Assembly: GCA_973851085.1 (NCBI GenBank)
Contig: OZ316776.1
Coordinates: 14,198,001-14,262,000 of the forward strand
DNA length: 64,000 nucleotides
DNA from: Ptychomitrium polyphyllum
Taxonomy: Eukaryota
Direction: 5' to 3'
Part shown: positions 12,794 to 25,870 of the stretch, piece after piece
Layout of the letters: each line of letters opens with the position of its first letter
How positions within the stretch are numbered: position 1 is the stretch's first letter
Notes under the pieces: generated by a model
The model's input: only the letters and a program-made list of their open reading frames with translations
The model's database searches: none
What the model was told of the DNA's origin: nothing
Position numbers and translations under genes: made by a program

Positions 12794-15700
12794 ATTACAT
12801 CCTATAGCTCCTTCTTTATTTGTACAAAAGTCTTTTAATATAAATTCAAAATTTGTATTTCAAATCTAAGCACATATCTAATTCCATCATTATCATCTTG
12901 TTCAACGGCTCATTTCATTTTTATAATGGAACTAGCATTAAAGATTAGAACTAATAGTCTTTTCAAGTTATAACTAGATTTTATTAAATATAATAGTGAA
13001 GAAAAAATATTCTTCATCTTCTTCATTGATTTTTTTTGTTTCTTTTTTTATTGTCTTTTTTTCAACAAAGCACATTTTAGATCTATAGCATCTGCAAAAT
13101 ATAGAATCCAATATTGACAAAGATACAATCTTCCAAAAGCCTTTGAGCTTCATTATATTAGCACATTCTTTTTAAAAAACAATTGCATCCATATGTCCGC
13201 ACATATATTCCACAACTAAAATTTTGCTTATTCTAGATATTTACTTTGCTCTTGGTAATGTCAAAGGCATCTTTTTCAATTTTGTCATAATTTTCTTACA
13301 ATCAACAATATAATCTATGACAAATTTGTGACACCTTTTCCAACCAATGTCACATCTTTCTCATCTTTTGTGCATCTTTTGGCTGATACATCATCTAAAA
13401 ATGACATAATGTACTCTAAATGAAATCTCACAACGACTTATTCATTCAATTCATTATATATGCCACTAATTTTATTGTCCTTTGTAACTATGTGCGCATT
13501 TTCATCAAGCCCAATGGTGTTCATATATTGGTCAAATGCCTATTTTATATTGCCAATTCAAGTTGATCGTATCTCAAATAAAAATAGATTATAGAATAAA
13601 TTGCTCATATTGCCAAAACCTTAATAAATCCATCCACAATTGCATTTATATGCACGCTTTAAATAATCACTTGGTTGTGTATCTTGAATATACCTCAATG
13701 TTATACTCTTCTTAGATACCAATAATTAAAATAAGATGCTATGGATAACTTCAAAATTCTTTTTTTTTCTTATTAAATAATTCTACTAAAATTGGCAAAT
13801 GAGCCTTCAATTTAGATCTGATTGTGATTTCTATAAAATATGCCAAGTAGTAAAGATTACCATTGGCACCACAATACTTATATCAACAAATCTTATTTTT
13901 TAAGGCCCAAATGAAAATACTTGCTTATATTGTAAAAACATTTGTTTAACAAATTTGTTTTATTTTTTGTTAAGAAATCATTACATCCAACTCCTCATTT
14001 CTCCAACATTATTTTATCTACAAATTTGTACCTTATATTTTTTAAATCTCTCAAATTTACGTGCATACAATCTAATGTTTTCTAATAGTAGTGGTCCTAC
14101 CATTGATTTGACATTCTTTGAGATCATCTTGTGCTTTTTTTTATTAGCACTATATGATTTTCCATATGTTCCTTTATTTTGTTATATAACTCTTTAATAT
14201 GTAATTTTACTAGCTAATCATTATTTTTAAAATTCAATTCTAATAACAAATGCAAATTTCTCATATTATTATTAAAGCACAATTTTACAAATACCTCTTA
14301 TATGTGCTTATACTTGTTGAGTAGAAAGACAAGATAAAGAATAGTAGAAATTTCATCTAAAGTATTTGATTAAAAATTCTTACTTTGTATTGCTGCAATA
14401 TAAATAATTCTATAGTTTAAAAAAATTCCATGTTTTTCATTTTGTAGATTTTGATTTGTATTGTTTAGAAAGTAGGATTAGAAAAAGAAGTTTGGAAAAA
14501 AATAGTAATAATAAAAGCTTGCTTTAGAATGTGTGGTAGTTAAATAAAAAGAAAAAAGAGTAAAAAATAAATAAAACTATTTTACATTGTTATTTTTTGA
14601 AGACAAGAAGAAATAAGGGGCTATTAAAGGAATGATAAGGGACTAATGTAGAATGATAAGGAGCTAATGTGGAAGGATATGGGGCGGATCCACTTTTTCC
14701 TTGTTTTTCTTGCCCTCTTGCATTTCATATAGAGGACAGCTCTTTTCTTAAGAAAAATCTTCTTGAGAATTTCTTAATTTGAGTTAAATTTTTGCAGATT
14801 TTTTCCTCTTTTTATAAAATTTCTAGAAAGCTATTAAACACTCCATTTGGAGTTAACATGTGATTGTAGCTTTCAATTGAATAAAGTAGAATTGATTGTC
14901 TTTGGTTTTTAGAAGCAGCTACTATAAATGCTTGTGATTTTTTGTAAAAAAGGTATTTAGCCATATAAAAAACTTGGCAATAATTTTAAACCTAGTATAT
15001 TGCAAATGTGTTCAGTATAAGGTACATAAGTTGTGTGTGAATTTTGAAGTCTTTTTTTGCTTTTGAAACGAAATTATAACGTGCTAAAGTAATAGGGATA
15101 TAAAAGCTATAGCAATAAAGAGTTTAGAATTTGAAGACATGGATCTAGGAGTATACTATAGTTATAGAATATATTATAATTGTGCATAAAAAACCAAAAA
15201 GAATAAAAAAATTGTATCAAAATTTCAAGGACATTAAACTACTTTATTATGAGTTATAGTTAAATTAACACCTGGTAGCTTCAGTCATCAAGGTCCTTAC
15301 CGCACCCCTACACGGTCAGGCGCTTAGAAATTATGGATCATCTCTGCTCTTTAAGAAATCGGGCCTCCTCAAGTTCACGATGCAGCAATCACTTGTGATA
15401 CACAACTAAAGTATAACTTGGATATCACACCACATCTACCCAATACCATACCAGCATCACCTTAGTATGACATAGGTGTCTCACAGGTATCTCACAGGTA
15501 TCAATTTAAAAGTGGACATAGCACACTCCTCGCGTACGCAAATTGCAAGCACTCTGCTCAGATTCCCCTGGAGCACACAATCGACACTCTCAAATTTCTC
15601 ACTCATTCCATCGTGCTACTGTTTCGCACGATTTCTTGTCTGGAGTGTGGCTGTCGCGGATTACGCCTCATTTAGCGCTAGGAAGAAGGAGTATTAGCTA

Positions 15701-16032
15701 AGGGAGATTCCGAATCAAACAGTAGTGGCAAAACAATCTCAACCCTACGCTCTCTCGCTTTCCTCGTCATTGCAGCTGTTGCTGCCAATTGCATCGTGGA
15801 GAACTAGGATTTTGTAACGCTCTGTCAAGTTTGTCTATGGCTTTGAAATCTCGCAAGTTTTTTGTTGGCTTCATGCTTCTGGTGATAATATCTTGTGCGT
15901 GGATTGATATCCTTGGTGGTGAGGAGCTAGGGTTTGAGGTTGTAGATGCGCTACATTGGATGCTGCTGCTGATTTTCGGAATTTTGTGCAGGGATAGGAA
16001 AGGACAACAGTAGATTGATTTCCGAGACGCCA

Positions 16033-19000
16033 ATGACGATGTCGCCTGCGGCGCAGTGGCTGCAACAGGCTTTACTGGATCAATGCTCTGATTATAATGC
16101 AGCGCTTCAACTTAAGCCAGAGGTCGTGAGTAGTCTAGTATCCTATTGTGAAATTGCATCTACATCAGAAGCGCAACAATATCTTTACGTGAGCTACTTC
16201 TCAGTTCTTTTTGAAGCCCTGTATTTTGTTGTTGACAAGGTTATTCGGGGTGATTGATTTGCAGAATCTTTTTGATGAATATGAATGGCTTAAACATATA
16301 TTTGGACACTTCCGACGTCTGGTTGCTCGGGACTTTTGATGCTTACGAACCTGGCCAACGTTCTGGATTAATACTTATTGATTTTTGAGGCTTACTGATT
16401 GGCTTTGCTTGCAGAGCATAGTTGGTGAGGAACAATGTAAGGATATTGTAAGCGAGTATTTGCGAAGAAGAGGCGATGGTGGACCTAGTGATGTATTCAC
16501 TTTTCAGGACCGGGAAGTAAAGTCTCAAGGGGAAGCCGGTTTGCATGCTTATGTGAAGTCTAAGGAAGATGAGATCTGGTCAGCAGGATGCAAGAAGACA
16601 TCCAAAACTGTGAAGCAGAAAACGGAGGCTCAAGGAAGTGCGCCTGCTAGCACACAAGGTGGATTGCGTCACTCTAGCGTTTCTTAATGTGGTTATCTGT
16701 ACTTAATGGTTAAGGCACTCTGCAAGCTCTACGCACTTGCTTCATCCTCAATTGCTCGTGCGCTGCTGGTCTTTTTGTTTGTGATGAAGCGAAGAGGTTT
16801 GGCTTCCATGTGCTGTGTTTTATGTTTTCTGACTCTATGTTGGTATGAGTTTTATTCAGGTTCAAGTTCTTTTTATCTTAGAAGAATGTGTTTGATGTTG
16901 TGGCAGTGGCAGCTACAAAATCAGCAGTGTCACATATAATTAAACCAAGCAAATTCAAGGGACGCAAAGGAGGGAAGGGTATCTCATTAGCAGAGGCAGC
17001 TGAAGGCTTAGCTTTGTTTCCAAGGGGAGGTGCTTGCAACTGCCAAGCAAGCCGGCACAAACTTATCAACAACTGCCTTGGGTGTGGCAAGATTGTTTGT
17101 GAGCAAGAAGGAGAGGGACCCTGCAATTTCTGTGGCTCACTAGTTTTGAAGGAGGGTAGCGATTATGCAGGTCTAGAAGGTATAAGTATGCCCCCCGCAA
17201 ATGACGCCGAGGCAGCTGCTCAGGCGTTCAAGGATCGCTTAGTGGAGTTCGATCGTTCAGCTGCTCAGCGCACTACAGTCATTGATGATCAAAGTGATTA
17301 CTTTGAGATCGACGGAAATGCATGGCTCTCTGACAAGGTGTGTACATGAAGATTCTTGTCTATATACACTTGATAACATGAACTCTAGTATAAGCTGCTG
17401 ATGCTTATGGAGCTCCATATACAGTATTTTTCTAATAGATGGTATCTTTTTGAACGGTGCTATGCATTCATTTATTTAAACCAATTTGTGTGCTACAAAT
17501 CTCGTCCTGTTTTCGGACATGATTTGTTATTAAAATCAATATGTACTTTGGCAAACTAGTATTTGAGACTGATATTCTCTGTCAACCACCTCGACTTGGT
17601 AGCATTTCAAGGTATACTAATTCAAGAATTGTTCATGTTATCAGGAAAAGCAGTTGCTGCGACAGCGGCAGGAAGAGGAGGAGCGTATTGAAGCGGAGAG
17701 AAGAAAACGTGTCATTGTAACCATTGATCTTCTTGGTCGTAAGGTATTCCGAGGATGTTACTACAATTCGTTGCCTATTGTGGTCACATGATTTTGAGTT
17801 CTACACATTTCAAGCATTCTTTCTTCATTTCTTTAAAGTTTGTCTTTTTTCCCTCTGGAAAGTTCTCAAAATGTATCCATGAGTGCTATTTTCAGATTGT
17901 GACCCTACTTTCATCTTATCTAGATGTCGTACATGTAGGCTCAAATGCTTGTTCATCTCAAATGTACAGAACGTATATTAGTGAATTTCTTAGGACATTG
18001 TTTATTTGGCCTCGCTCCCATGCTCAAGTGGGCCATATAGCTCAGGTTTTGATACTGATTCTAGTGTTGGAGGATATGTTTGACGTAATGTGTTTTAATT
18101 ATATGTGTTGTTCTGTGGTAGGTTGTGATGGAAGATAAAGGAGATGGCAAAGACAATGCTCATCATGAGAACCTTATTCTGGCAGGGGATAGTGGAACTT
18201 CTGATCACCGTATAATACGTAACCCATTTATTGACAATATTCCCGTTTATGTGGGTCCAAATGGACCAACAGGTGCTAAAAATACCAACAAGCTTATCAA
18301 CCATCTTCAGGGGATGGTTCTCGACAGGACAGGACGCGTTCAGCACGATGACCCTGTCATTGAAGCTGTCATAGGTCAACAACTGGGTGACACTCATATT
18401 GAAGGTGAAACCACCAGTTCAAAAGGATGGGTTGGACCCAGAGTCAGAGGAACAGGAAGCTCAATGGATAATGATGAAGCAGAGTGCACGTTGGCTAATC
18501 CGTCTGCAAGTACTAGTGGATCACGAGACGATGATAGTAGGCTGGGGAGAAGTGCTGGAAAGAAACATCATGCTGAAGCTGTAAATGACTCAACAACTTC
18601 AAAGCCATTTGATATTTGTCTTCCAAATACTCCACGAAGTGATGGAAAGACAGCAATCGTGCTAGCACCCTCCCTTTTGGATCAAAAGAGAGCAGAGCAT
18701 GCACTCCCGTCTATATGGAGTGACACAGTTTTGATGCCGGGAATGGTTTTGTTGAAAGGGTGGCTGTCTATAGATGATCAGGTACTTCATTTGCAGTTTT
18801 ATTCTTTTATCTTTAGGCTGTACATCCCCTCCTTTTTATTTTTCTTATATGGAATTCGTACTTATTTTCGTTTTAATGTGCCTTGTGTTAGGTGGACATT
18901 GTGAGAGAATGCCGGTCACTTGGTACAGATGTTGGGGGCTTTTATCAACCCACATTTGGAGATGGAAGGCACATGCGCTTGCAAATGATGTGTCTTGGGA

Positions 19001-19670
19001 AACAACACTGGGACCCTACCACCAATTCCTATGTTCCTCGCTGCAAAAATTATGACAATGCCAGTCCACCTGCTATTCCTAGTAAGTTTTCTGACATGGT
19101 GAGGCGTTCGCTTCAGAGAGCCCAAGACCTGGCCTTGAAAGCAGGTGATCAGCTGGGTGGAAGGCAAGTTGAAGGAGAACTGCTAAACATGGACCCCACC
19201 GTGTGCATCGTCAACTTTTATGAGCAAGGCGGTGCACTCGGGATGCATCAGGTAAAAAATTTGACCACCGAGTATTTATCATCTAAAGCACATATTATGC
19301 AGATTCCTTTTGAAGCATGCATTGAGCTTTACATACTCATTGTCGAGAACTGGTTGGAAGCTTATCGTGCTTTGGCATTGGCTTATTTCACTAGGATAAG
19401 GATGAGAGCTCAGCAAGCCTGAAGCGAGGGTCTCCCGTGGTATCATTTTCAGTCGGTGACCTTGCAGTGTTTACTTATGGTAATGAAAGGGACCCAGAGA
19501 AGGCAGAAAAGATTGCACTCGAGTCTGGGGATGTGCTCGTCTTTGGCGGACCTGCACGAATGATCTTCCATGGGGTAGCATCTATTCTCCCAAAATCTGC
19601 GCCAAAGGAGCTCATTGAGAAATCCAATTTGAGACAAGGGCGGTTGAATCTGACATTTAGGGAGCTGTAG
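16033..19670 (+). CDS. ASC-1/TRIP4 (zf-C2HC5) - AlkB (ALKBH1-like 2OG-Fe(II) dioxygenase) fusion protein, ~741 aa; exons 16033-16188, 16415-16658, 16907-17337, 17645-17743, 18122-18781, 18892-19251, 19395-19670
   Basis: All six introns are GT-AG and phase-compatible. CNCQASRHKLINNCLGCGKIVCEQEGEGPCNFCG zinc finger, RLVEFDR..AQRTTVIDDQSDYF, VTIDLLGRK and GRVQHD are TRIP4-type motifs; PFDIC, PGMVLLK, QMMCLG, CIVNFY, HQD, FHG and RLNLTFR are AlkB motifs. Confidence 0.9.
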
Positions 19671-20065
19671 CTTATTAGCCACTCTCAGCAATGGCGGATG
19701 ATGGTGCCTGATTCACGGTATGTTGTCTGTAACAGCTGCTCTGGAATATGAGTCTGTTACTGGTTCACTGTAAAAGTATTAAGCAACAGTTTTAGCATTC
19801 TCCCATTTTTCAACTCAAAAATGCCGAAATGCTGTGGAAACAATAGAGACTCACTCAATACGTGGCATTTTGATGCACCATTTTTAATGGAATCTGTTAA
19901 TGCATGAATTTTGGAGTTTGTTTGCTCATTTGTCAATTTAAAAAGATCACGATCTTTGGACTTTACTGAGTATAAGCTAATTAATTGAAATGTGCCACTA
20001 ATTTTAACCATTTTAACACTTTACTCAAAATCTCAAAAACTTTACTCAAAATCCATGAATGATCA

Positions 20066-20560
20066 GGCAATCTACTTTTGTCTGCATCTTCCACGTTGCT
20101 CTCGGTTCCGTTCCGGAAAATGAGCCTACTTTCATCCGCGGAAGGACTGGGTCTAAAGAACTAAGTGAGACTGCGGCGGCATTCTCACCTTCGGCAAAGG
20201 AGAGCATTATCATTCCCAATGATTCGTGGGATGAGTTTGGTTAATAATCGCTTAGAGGAGCATGGCTGCTTAGAGCATGATGCTGCTAAGCGGCAGTTGT
20301 ATGAGGGAAAAAGTATGCAGGGATTGGAGGCTGAACACGACGGTTCAAGAGTTTATGCTTTTGCAAAAGGCGAGAGAAGAGGGCGTGGAGTATGTGCTAG
20401 GCAATATTGATGTGCATGTCAAGAAAGAGTCGTGGTTTGTCAACAAGGTCGTATTTGATAACTATACAGTTTTTTGCAAAGAAATTGCAGGACGAACACT
20501 TTGTATTGGGGTATTGCCAAAGCCAGGTTACTCGAGGTTGCCATGAAGTACTATGTCTGA
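20066..20560 (+). pseudogene. 3' fragment of a HAK/KUP/KT potassium transporter, frameshifted and internally deleted
   Basis: TFVCIFHVALGSVPENE...; QEFMLLQKAREEGVEYVLGNIDVHVKKESWFVNKVV, then after a frameshift YSFLQRNCRTNTLYWGIAKARLLEVAMKYYV-TGA(20560), matching the HAK/KUP C-terminal pattern (FLRRNCR...LLxVGMxYYV). Confidence 0.8.
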
Positions 20561-22873
20561 ATCACCAGCTGCCTTGAGTTGCTACGCTTGTGGGGACCAA
20601 TACTTGTATGTTGGGAAGGTACTCACTAAGCATGAACAAACTAAGATTCACCCAAAAAGGAAAACTACCTTACATTATATAAATTTTAAATTTTAATACT
20701 AAAAAAGTTGTGATGAAGTCCAACTGCACATGTACTGCAGTGGTATTGAGAGAAACTACAGTGGACAACCTTTGAGGTTCCCGCCTAATGCGAGTGAAAT
20801 CTCCCGCAAGTTATGATGACAAGGACTTGAAGCCTCAAGTTCTTGATGCAGAGGTCTTCAAATTTGAGCTGGCCGCTCGAAGCCTACGATCAAAGTTCGC
20901 CTCAAGGAACAGTTTACAGGATAATTTTGCCCAAGCCGTTGTTAAAGACGTGAACAAAGTGAAACGAGGATGGATTTCTACCAAATTTCACAATGAGGAA
21001 GCTCAGTACCTTGTGGCCCGTGGATCGATGTGCTTTTTTCAGTTGTTTAGTTCAAGCACGTTAATGGAGCGAGAGTCTGGAGGTATTTGTGCCTAAGTAG
21101 ATGATCTGGAGAGGGTTCTGGAAATTGTCCCCTTCCACCTGAATCTTTTCACGCACACAGAACTTTACCAGAAACCAGCTGCTCTGTTCATTCCCACGGC
21201 TTCCGGGTTTTGTTTTTTGTTTTTAAAAAAAAGACTTCTATAGGTGATTCTACATTTGTTTTAAGATAATAAAATAAGAAGATTTCCTAAAAAGAAGGCC
21301 CTGCAATCCATGGCAGGAAAAACACTTTGATATATTTGTATCCATCAATTACTTTGATAATTTGGTCAAAGTATTCATTGAATGTGTACATGAAATCCAA
21401 ATCATATAGAATTTTGCCCTTACATTCAATAATGACAAAATTAATTAATTATTTTCAATTAGGACTTATTATCTTTGTAGTGGAATTTGCTATGCATAGA
21501 AAATGCATCACTAATATTCTTCACATTTCTAAGCTTACTCTTGCATAGAAGTGTCTTGAAAATCATCATGGCTTTCAAAAATGAAAACTTTTCCTTTATG
21601 TATAATTTAACTCCATTCCAAAATATCTAAAACTTCAAGTAAACATGCTTCTATAACCTTGGCTAGTAAAACTGGACTTTGATAGTAGATGCTTAATAAC
21701 ATTATTTTGAATCTCAATCCAGTTTGCCTTAATGGTCTTCTTCCATTAATCCTTGTAACTACTTTAAATCAATGAAAATTCATTTTAATATGTTGTTTAT
21801 CACATTTTTGTTTATAACATGATGGTTCTACTTACATGAAGTATTTGGTTGAATAAAGGATGATCAATAGGACACCATTCTACAAATAAATCATGCTGGT
21901 TCATATGATTATAGATGTGGATCATCCTTTTAGACCTTTTGAACCTTGTGAGCCTTATTAGCCCTCTTTCCTCCCTAATTGGAAGTGTAACAAATCTCAC
22001 ACAAGTCTAATTGAGGATGTCTAATATGAAATTTGTGCTCTAGTCCAATTTAAGTATGTCATAATTCATTCCAAATTCAATTTGATGCAATAAGATCCTT
22101 TCAGGACTACACATGCGTTATGGAATGTATTACAGTTGGTTGGTGATCTTGAGGGGCTGGAATTGGGTGCCACCTTCTCCAAAGGCTCCACCACTTACAT
22201 TCTAATCCAAAATAGTTAGCCACTTGATTGAACCAATGGCGATGGTAATGGTGTGTCAGCGAAGCAACACAATGGCAAAGTAGTGCGACGCAGCGGAGTA
22301 GCACGATGCAGCAGAGTACCGCCTTTCCCATGTTAGAATTTGAGGGGCCCATTTCTAATGTTCCTCAAATTTCCCTCCATGGTCCCCGCTCTCAGCATTA
22401 TTGCCGCTGAGATGTAGAAATAGAGATTGAATCTTCGAGGATGGTATGTCCATGCACCCCTGCAGATGATAAGGTCCCCAAAGCGGTAACACCACGGTTC
22501 CCCTCCTATGACCGTGCTAAGGTTCACGTCGGCGGTGAAGCAACCAACTCCACTCGACGGTTCCGAACGGAACGCCCCACCTTCCACGCTTTCCTTCGCA
22601 GATTGCATCTAGTCCCAAAGCCATTACTTCACCCAAAACCTTCACAGGCTAACATTCTCCTCCAGCTTTGATTGAAAATCTAGACAATCCGGAGGAATTC
22701 GTGCCTATTTCGTCTTGAGGGATGCCGATGTCTTGAATGCATTCAAGCTCTCTGGTCTTGCAGTTCAAGCTTGGAAGCACACTCTAGGGTTTCAAGCCTT
22801 ACTTCTCCGAACTGAGTTTCTCTTGTGCATATTAAGTTTGCTGGGTTTTAATCTGGTGGTGGGGGTGGGGTTG

Positions 22874-22906
22874 GGTGTGTGTGTGTGTGTGTGTATGTGT
22901 GTGTGT
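22874..22906. repeat. (GT)n microsatellite just upstream of the PSST start codon, probably in a 5'-UTR intron
   Basis: gtgtgtgtgtgtgtgtgtgtatgtgtgtgtg followed by a T-rich tract and AG before the ATG at 22926. Confidence 0.85.
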
Positions 22907-22925
22907 TTTTGTTTTGCTGCAAGCT

Positions 22926-24203
22926 ATGGCGTTGCTACCGAGAGCTGCGCAAGCTGCGTCTCGGGACGCGATGAGGAGGGTGCACACCAGCGCGCCTGCG
23001 CTGATGACAGCGTCGACGACGCTGAATGCGCCGACGTCGAGCACGACATCTAAGGGAGGACCGGGGGCGGAATTCGTCTTGTCCAAGGTGGATGCGCTCA
23101 TGAATTGGGCGCGGACCGGGTCAATCTGGCCCATGACGTTCGGGCTGGCTTGTTGTGCTGTGGAGATGATGCATACTGGCGCTGCGCGCTACGACTTGGA
23201 TAGGTTTGGGATCATCTTCCGGCCTAGCCCCAGACAGTCCGATTGTATGATTGTGGCGGGGACGCTCACCAACAAAATGGCTCCTGCTTTGCGCAAGTAA
23301 GTTGTTTTGGCGATCTTTTGTTTTGTAGCATTTTAAAGTGTATGAGCTTCGGCTTTGGTGGATCTTTTGGTTTTGGGTTATTTTTCGGGTACTTTAGTTT
23401 TTCCTATGTGAGAGTGAGCACTGACCCTCTCCTCCAGCAAGTTTTTAGGGTTTGGAATCCGAAAGTCTTGTATATCCTCAATTTTTTATTATAGTGATGG
23501 CTCATTTTGGTCTCTACGCCAGCACTATATTAGCAAAACTTTCTTCTGAGCTCTACTTATCGAGGAATCTAGAAAACATAGCAGAACGTACTTAATTGTT
23601 GTTGTTTGCGAATTGCAATTACGAGGTACAGTGGAGTTTCAAAAGTTGTTCTTTCAAGTTTTCGGGAGAGTTTTCGAGTTTTAGTGTTCTCACGTCTCAA
23701 TTAATTAGAAATCAACGCTTCATGTGAGCTTCTCCGTTAGTATCTCAGATAACTTCTACCGACTTGATTTGAGGTAGATGATTTATGATACTGACCGGAA
23801 GCCAGCTTGAGGTTATATCTTTCGTCTTCTGAGATAGCAATTATCCTGGTGTGGGTAGTACTTGCTGTAGACCTGACCTAATTAACCTCCATGGTTCTCT
23901 GTAATCTTAGGGATTCGTAATGCTGAGTGAGGGTATATTTTACAAGAAATGCGGTGCTTGGGGTTCAGGGTTTATGATCAGATGCCAGAGCCAAGGTGGG
24001 TAGTTTCTATGGGCAGCTGTGCTAATGGAGGAGGCTATTACCACTACTCCTACTCAGTGGTGCGAGGTTGCGATCGTATTGTGCCTGTGGATATATACGT
24101 CCCTGGATGCCCTCCCACCGCTGAAGCTCTCCTATACGGTTTGCTTCAGTTGCAGAAGAAGATCAACCGGCGCAAGGACGTGACATTGTGGTGGAACAAG
24201 TAA
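22926..24203 (+). CDS. NDUFS7: Mitochondrial complex I Fe-S subunit PSST (20 kDa), ~201 aa; exons 22926-23296 and 23969-24203
   Basis: [35 protein letters not shown] and YVPGCPP motifs; N-terminal Ala/Arg/Ser/Thr-rich presequence; phase-2 intron AA|GTAAGT...TTCAG|G. Confidence 0.96.
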
Positions 24204-25389
24204 ATGATGTTGGTTAGGTTACGGTTCAGATTATTAGGAAATCGTGTATCAATTGTTGGCTGTGTCAGAGAATCAGCAAATGATGATAACAGATTATATT
24301 TGTAGGCACACAGATCAAATCGTGACACAGAAGAGCTGCTTTTAGCGGCTTTATGTAAGCCAGTTCCTTGACCTTAGAGTTTCCTGTTCAAGAGATAACT
24401 TCACGAGATGATGCATCTTCAAACAGGTGGTTCTATCTGCTTCTGAAATACGAGCGCTTACTTCCTCATTTGAAGCAATTACTTAGTGTCAGTGTCTCAT
24501 CTTTGAAATTCTGCAATCAGCAGTTGCTTATTTCAACCAAAGATATGCTCTATGATTTGAAGAGGATCAAGAATATGCTTCTTTTGATAGAGTAAAACTG
24601 TTTCTTTCGAGCAATTTATTCAAGTGATTACTTTATTGTGTAGCAATCCTCATGAAACTGATCGACTCTTTCGAGGACAGGCACGCACATCTGCATCATC
24701 CACACTGAACCTGTAGGAAGAAGCGTAGAAAGAAGAGTTAAAACCTCAGTTGAGAATTCCTGAATCAAAGCTGAGTCGCATCTTTGTTTTCTTGTGTATC
24801 GGAGCAGATGCAAAAGACACTGCCATGCAAATCGTGGCCTTGAGTATACACCATGCCATGCAAATCGTGGCCTTGAGTATGCACCAGGCCATACACTGGC
24901 CCCCAAAGAGACCTAATTGAAAGTTTCCACGAGTACATTCAAAGGTTTAGGGTGCAACGATAGACTCTATTATGGTTATGGTTATACAAAATATTGTCCT
25001 GTAAGACGTGTACTATGAAATAGAAAGTGTTTTATAACACGTGCACTATGAAATAGAAAGTGTTCTATAACCTTAAGCCTCCTTGTATTAAAATTTGTAC
25101 ACAACCATAATAGAATCTATCTTTTAGAAAAGGTATTAAGTATAATATGACTAAATTTGTCCAATCTTATAATAACAACCTTGAGGTGGTGAGTATAAGT
25201 TTTTGCATGCATTCATGCTATCCTACAAACAAGATTGGTATGTAATAATAATGCATGTGGCAAATCCAAAAAGAGGCTAAAAATTAATATTTACATGATG
25301 CATTAGAAAATCTATGGACCATTTTAAAATGATTAGCCAAACTATACTACTTGATAAGTCAATTGGTGCAATTTACATTAATACAATGT

Positions 25390-25870
25390 AGCAAAAGAAG
25401 TTTTAAAGCAATAGAGAGTTTTTGAAGAATTAATATAGCCACAATGGCTTTGAAGACAAGACCTCAACATAATTTATAAGTGATTTATTTGCAAAGAATA
25501 GGGTTGTTATTTAAAAATTTGAAAAAGGCTTTTGAACTTCTTTATATCATGATGAATTTTAGTGAAAATGGTGATTTATCAAATAAACAACCATCAAATT
25601 GATCAAGGATTTTTGATACTTGAAATGATTATATAATGCTTTTATTGTGTTACATCTATTAGTATTAACATAGCAATTGGAAAGAAGTTAATATTTGTCA
25701 AAATGAAATTGAATGATAATATAGCATGAAAAGTCTTTATAGATATGGATTGTATACACATGTCTATAATTTAGTAGCCTTTGATATCAAAGAAGCAATA
25801 TAAATGTCATTTTCTTTGGACAAAAGCCACAAGATGATTTAAATTTAAAGATTGGACTTAGGCCTTATAA
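25390..25870 (+). pseudogene. Heavily decayed Ser/Thr (receptor-like) kinase fragment
   Basis: Motifs occur in the correct order across shifting frames: REFL/IATM..QHNL, LLYIMMNFSENGDL, INIAIG, DIK/SNI, KI/DLGL; many stops. Confidence 0.35.

Noticed and set aside
12900..14400. Possible decayed DNA-transposon coding sequence
   Set aside because: No termini, TSD or motif could be established
15789..16013. Hydrophobic upstream ORF before the fusion gene
   Set aside because: Non-ATG start; T/G-rich sequence ending in a TTGTGCAG acceptor (~15991) fits a 5'-UTR intron
20788..21096. 102-aa ORF that looks protein-like
   Set aside because: No recognisable motif or splice structure; cannot support a call
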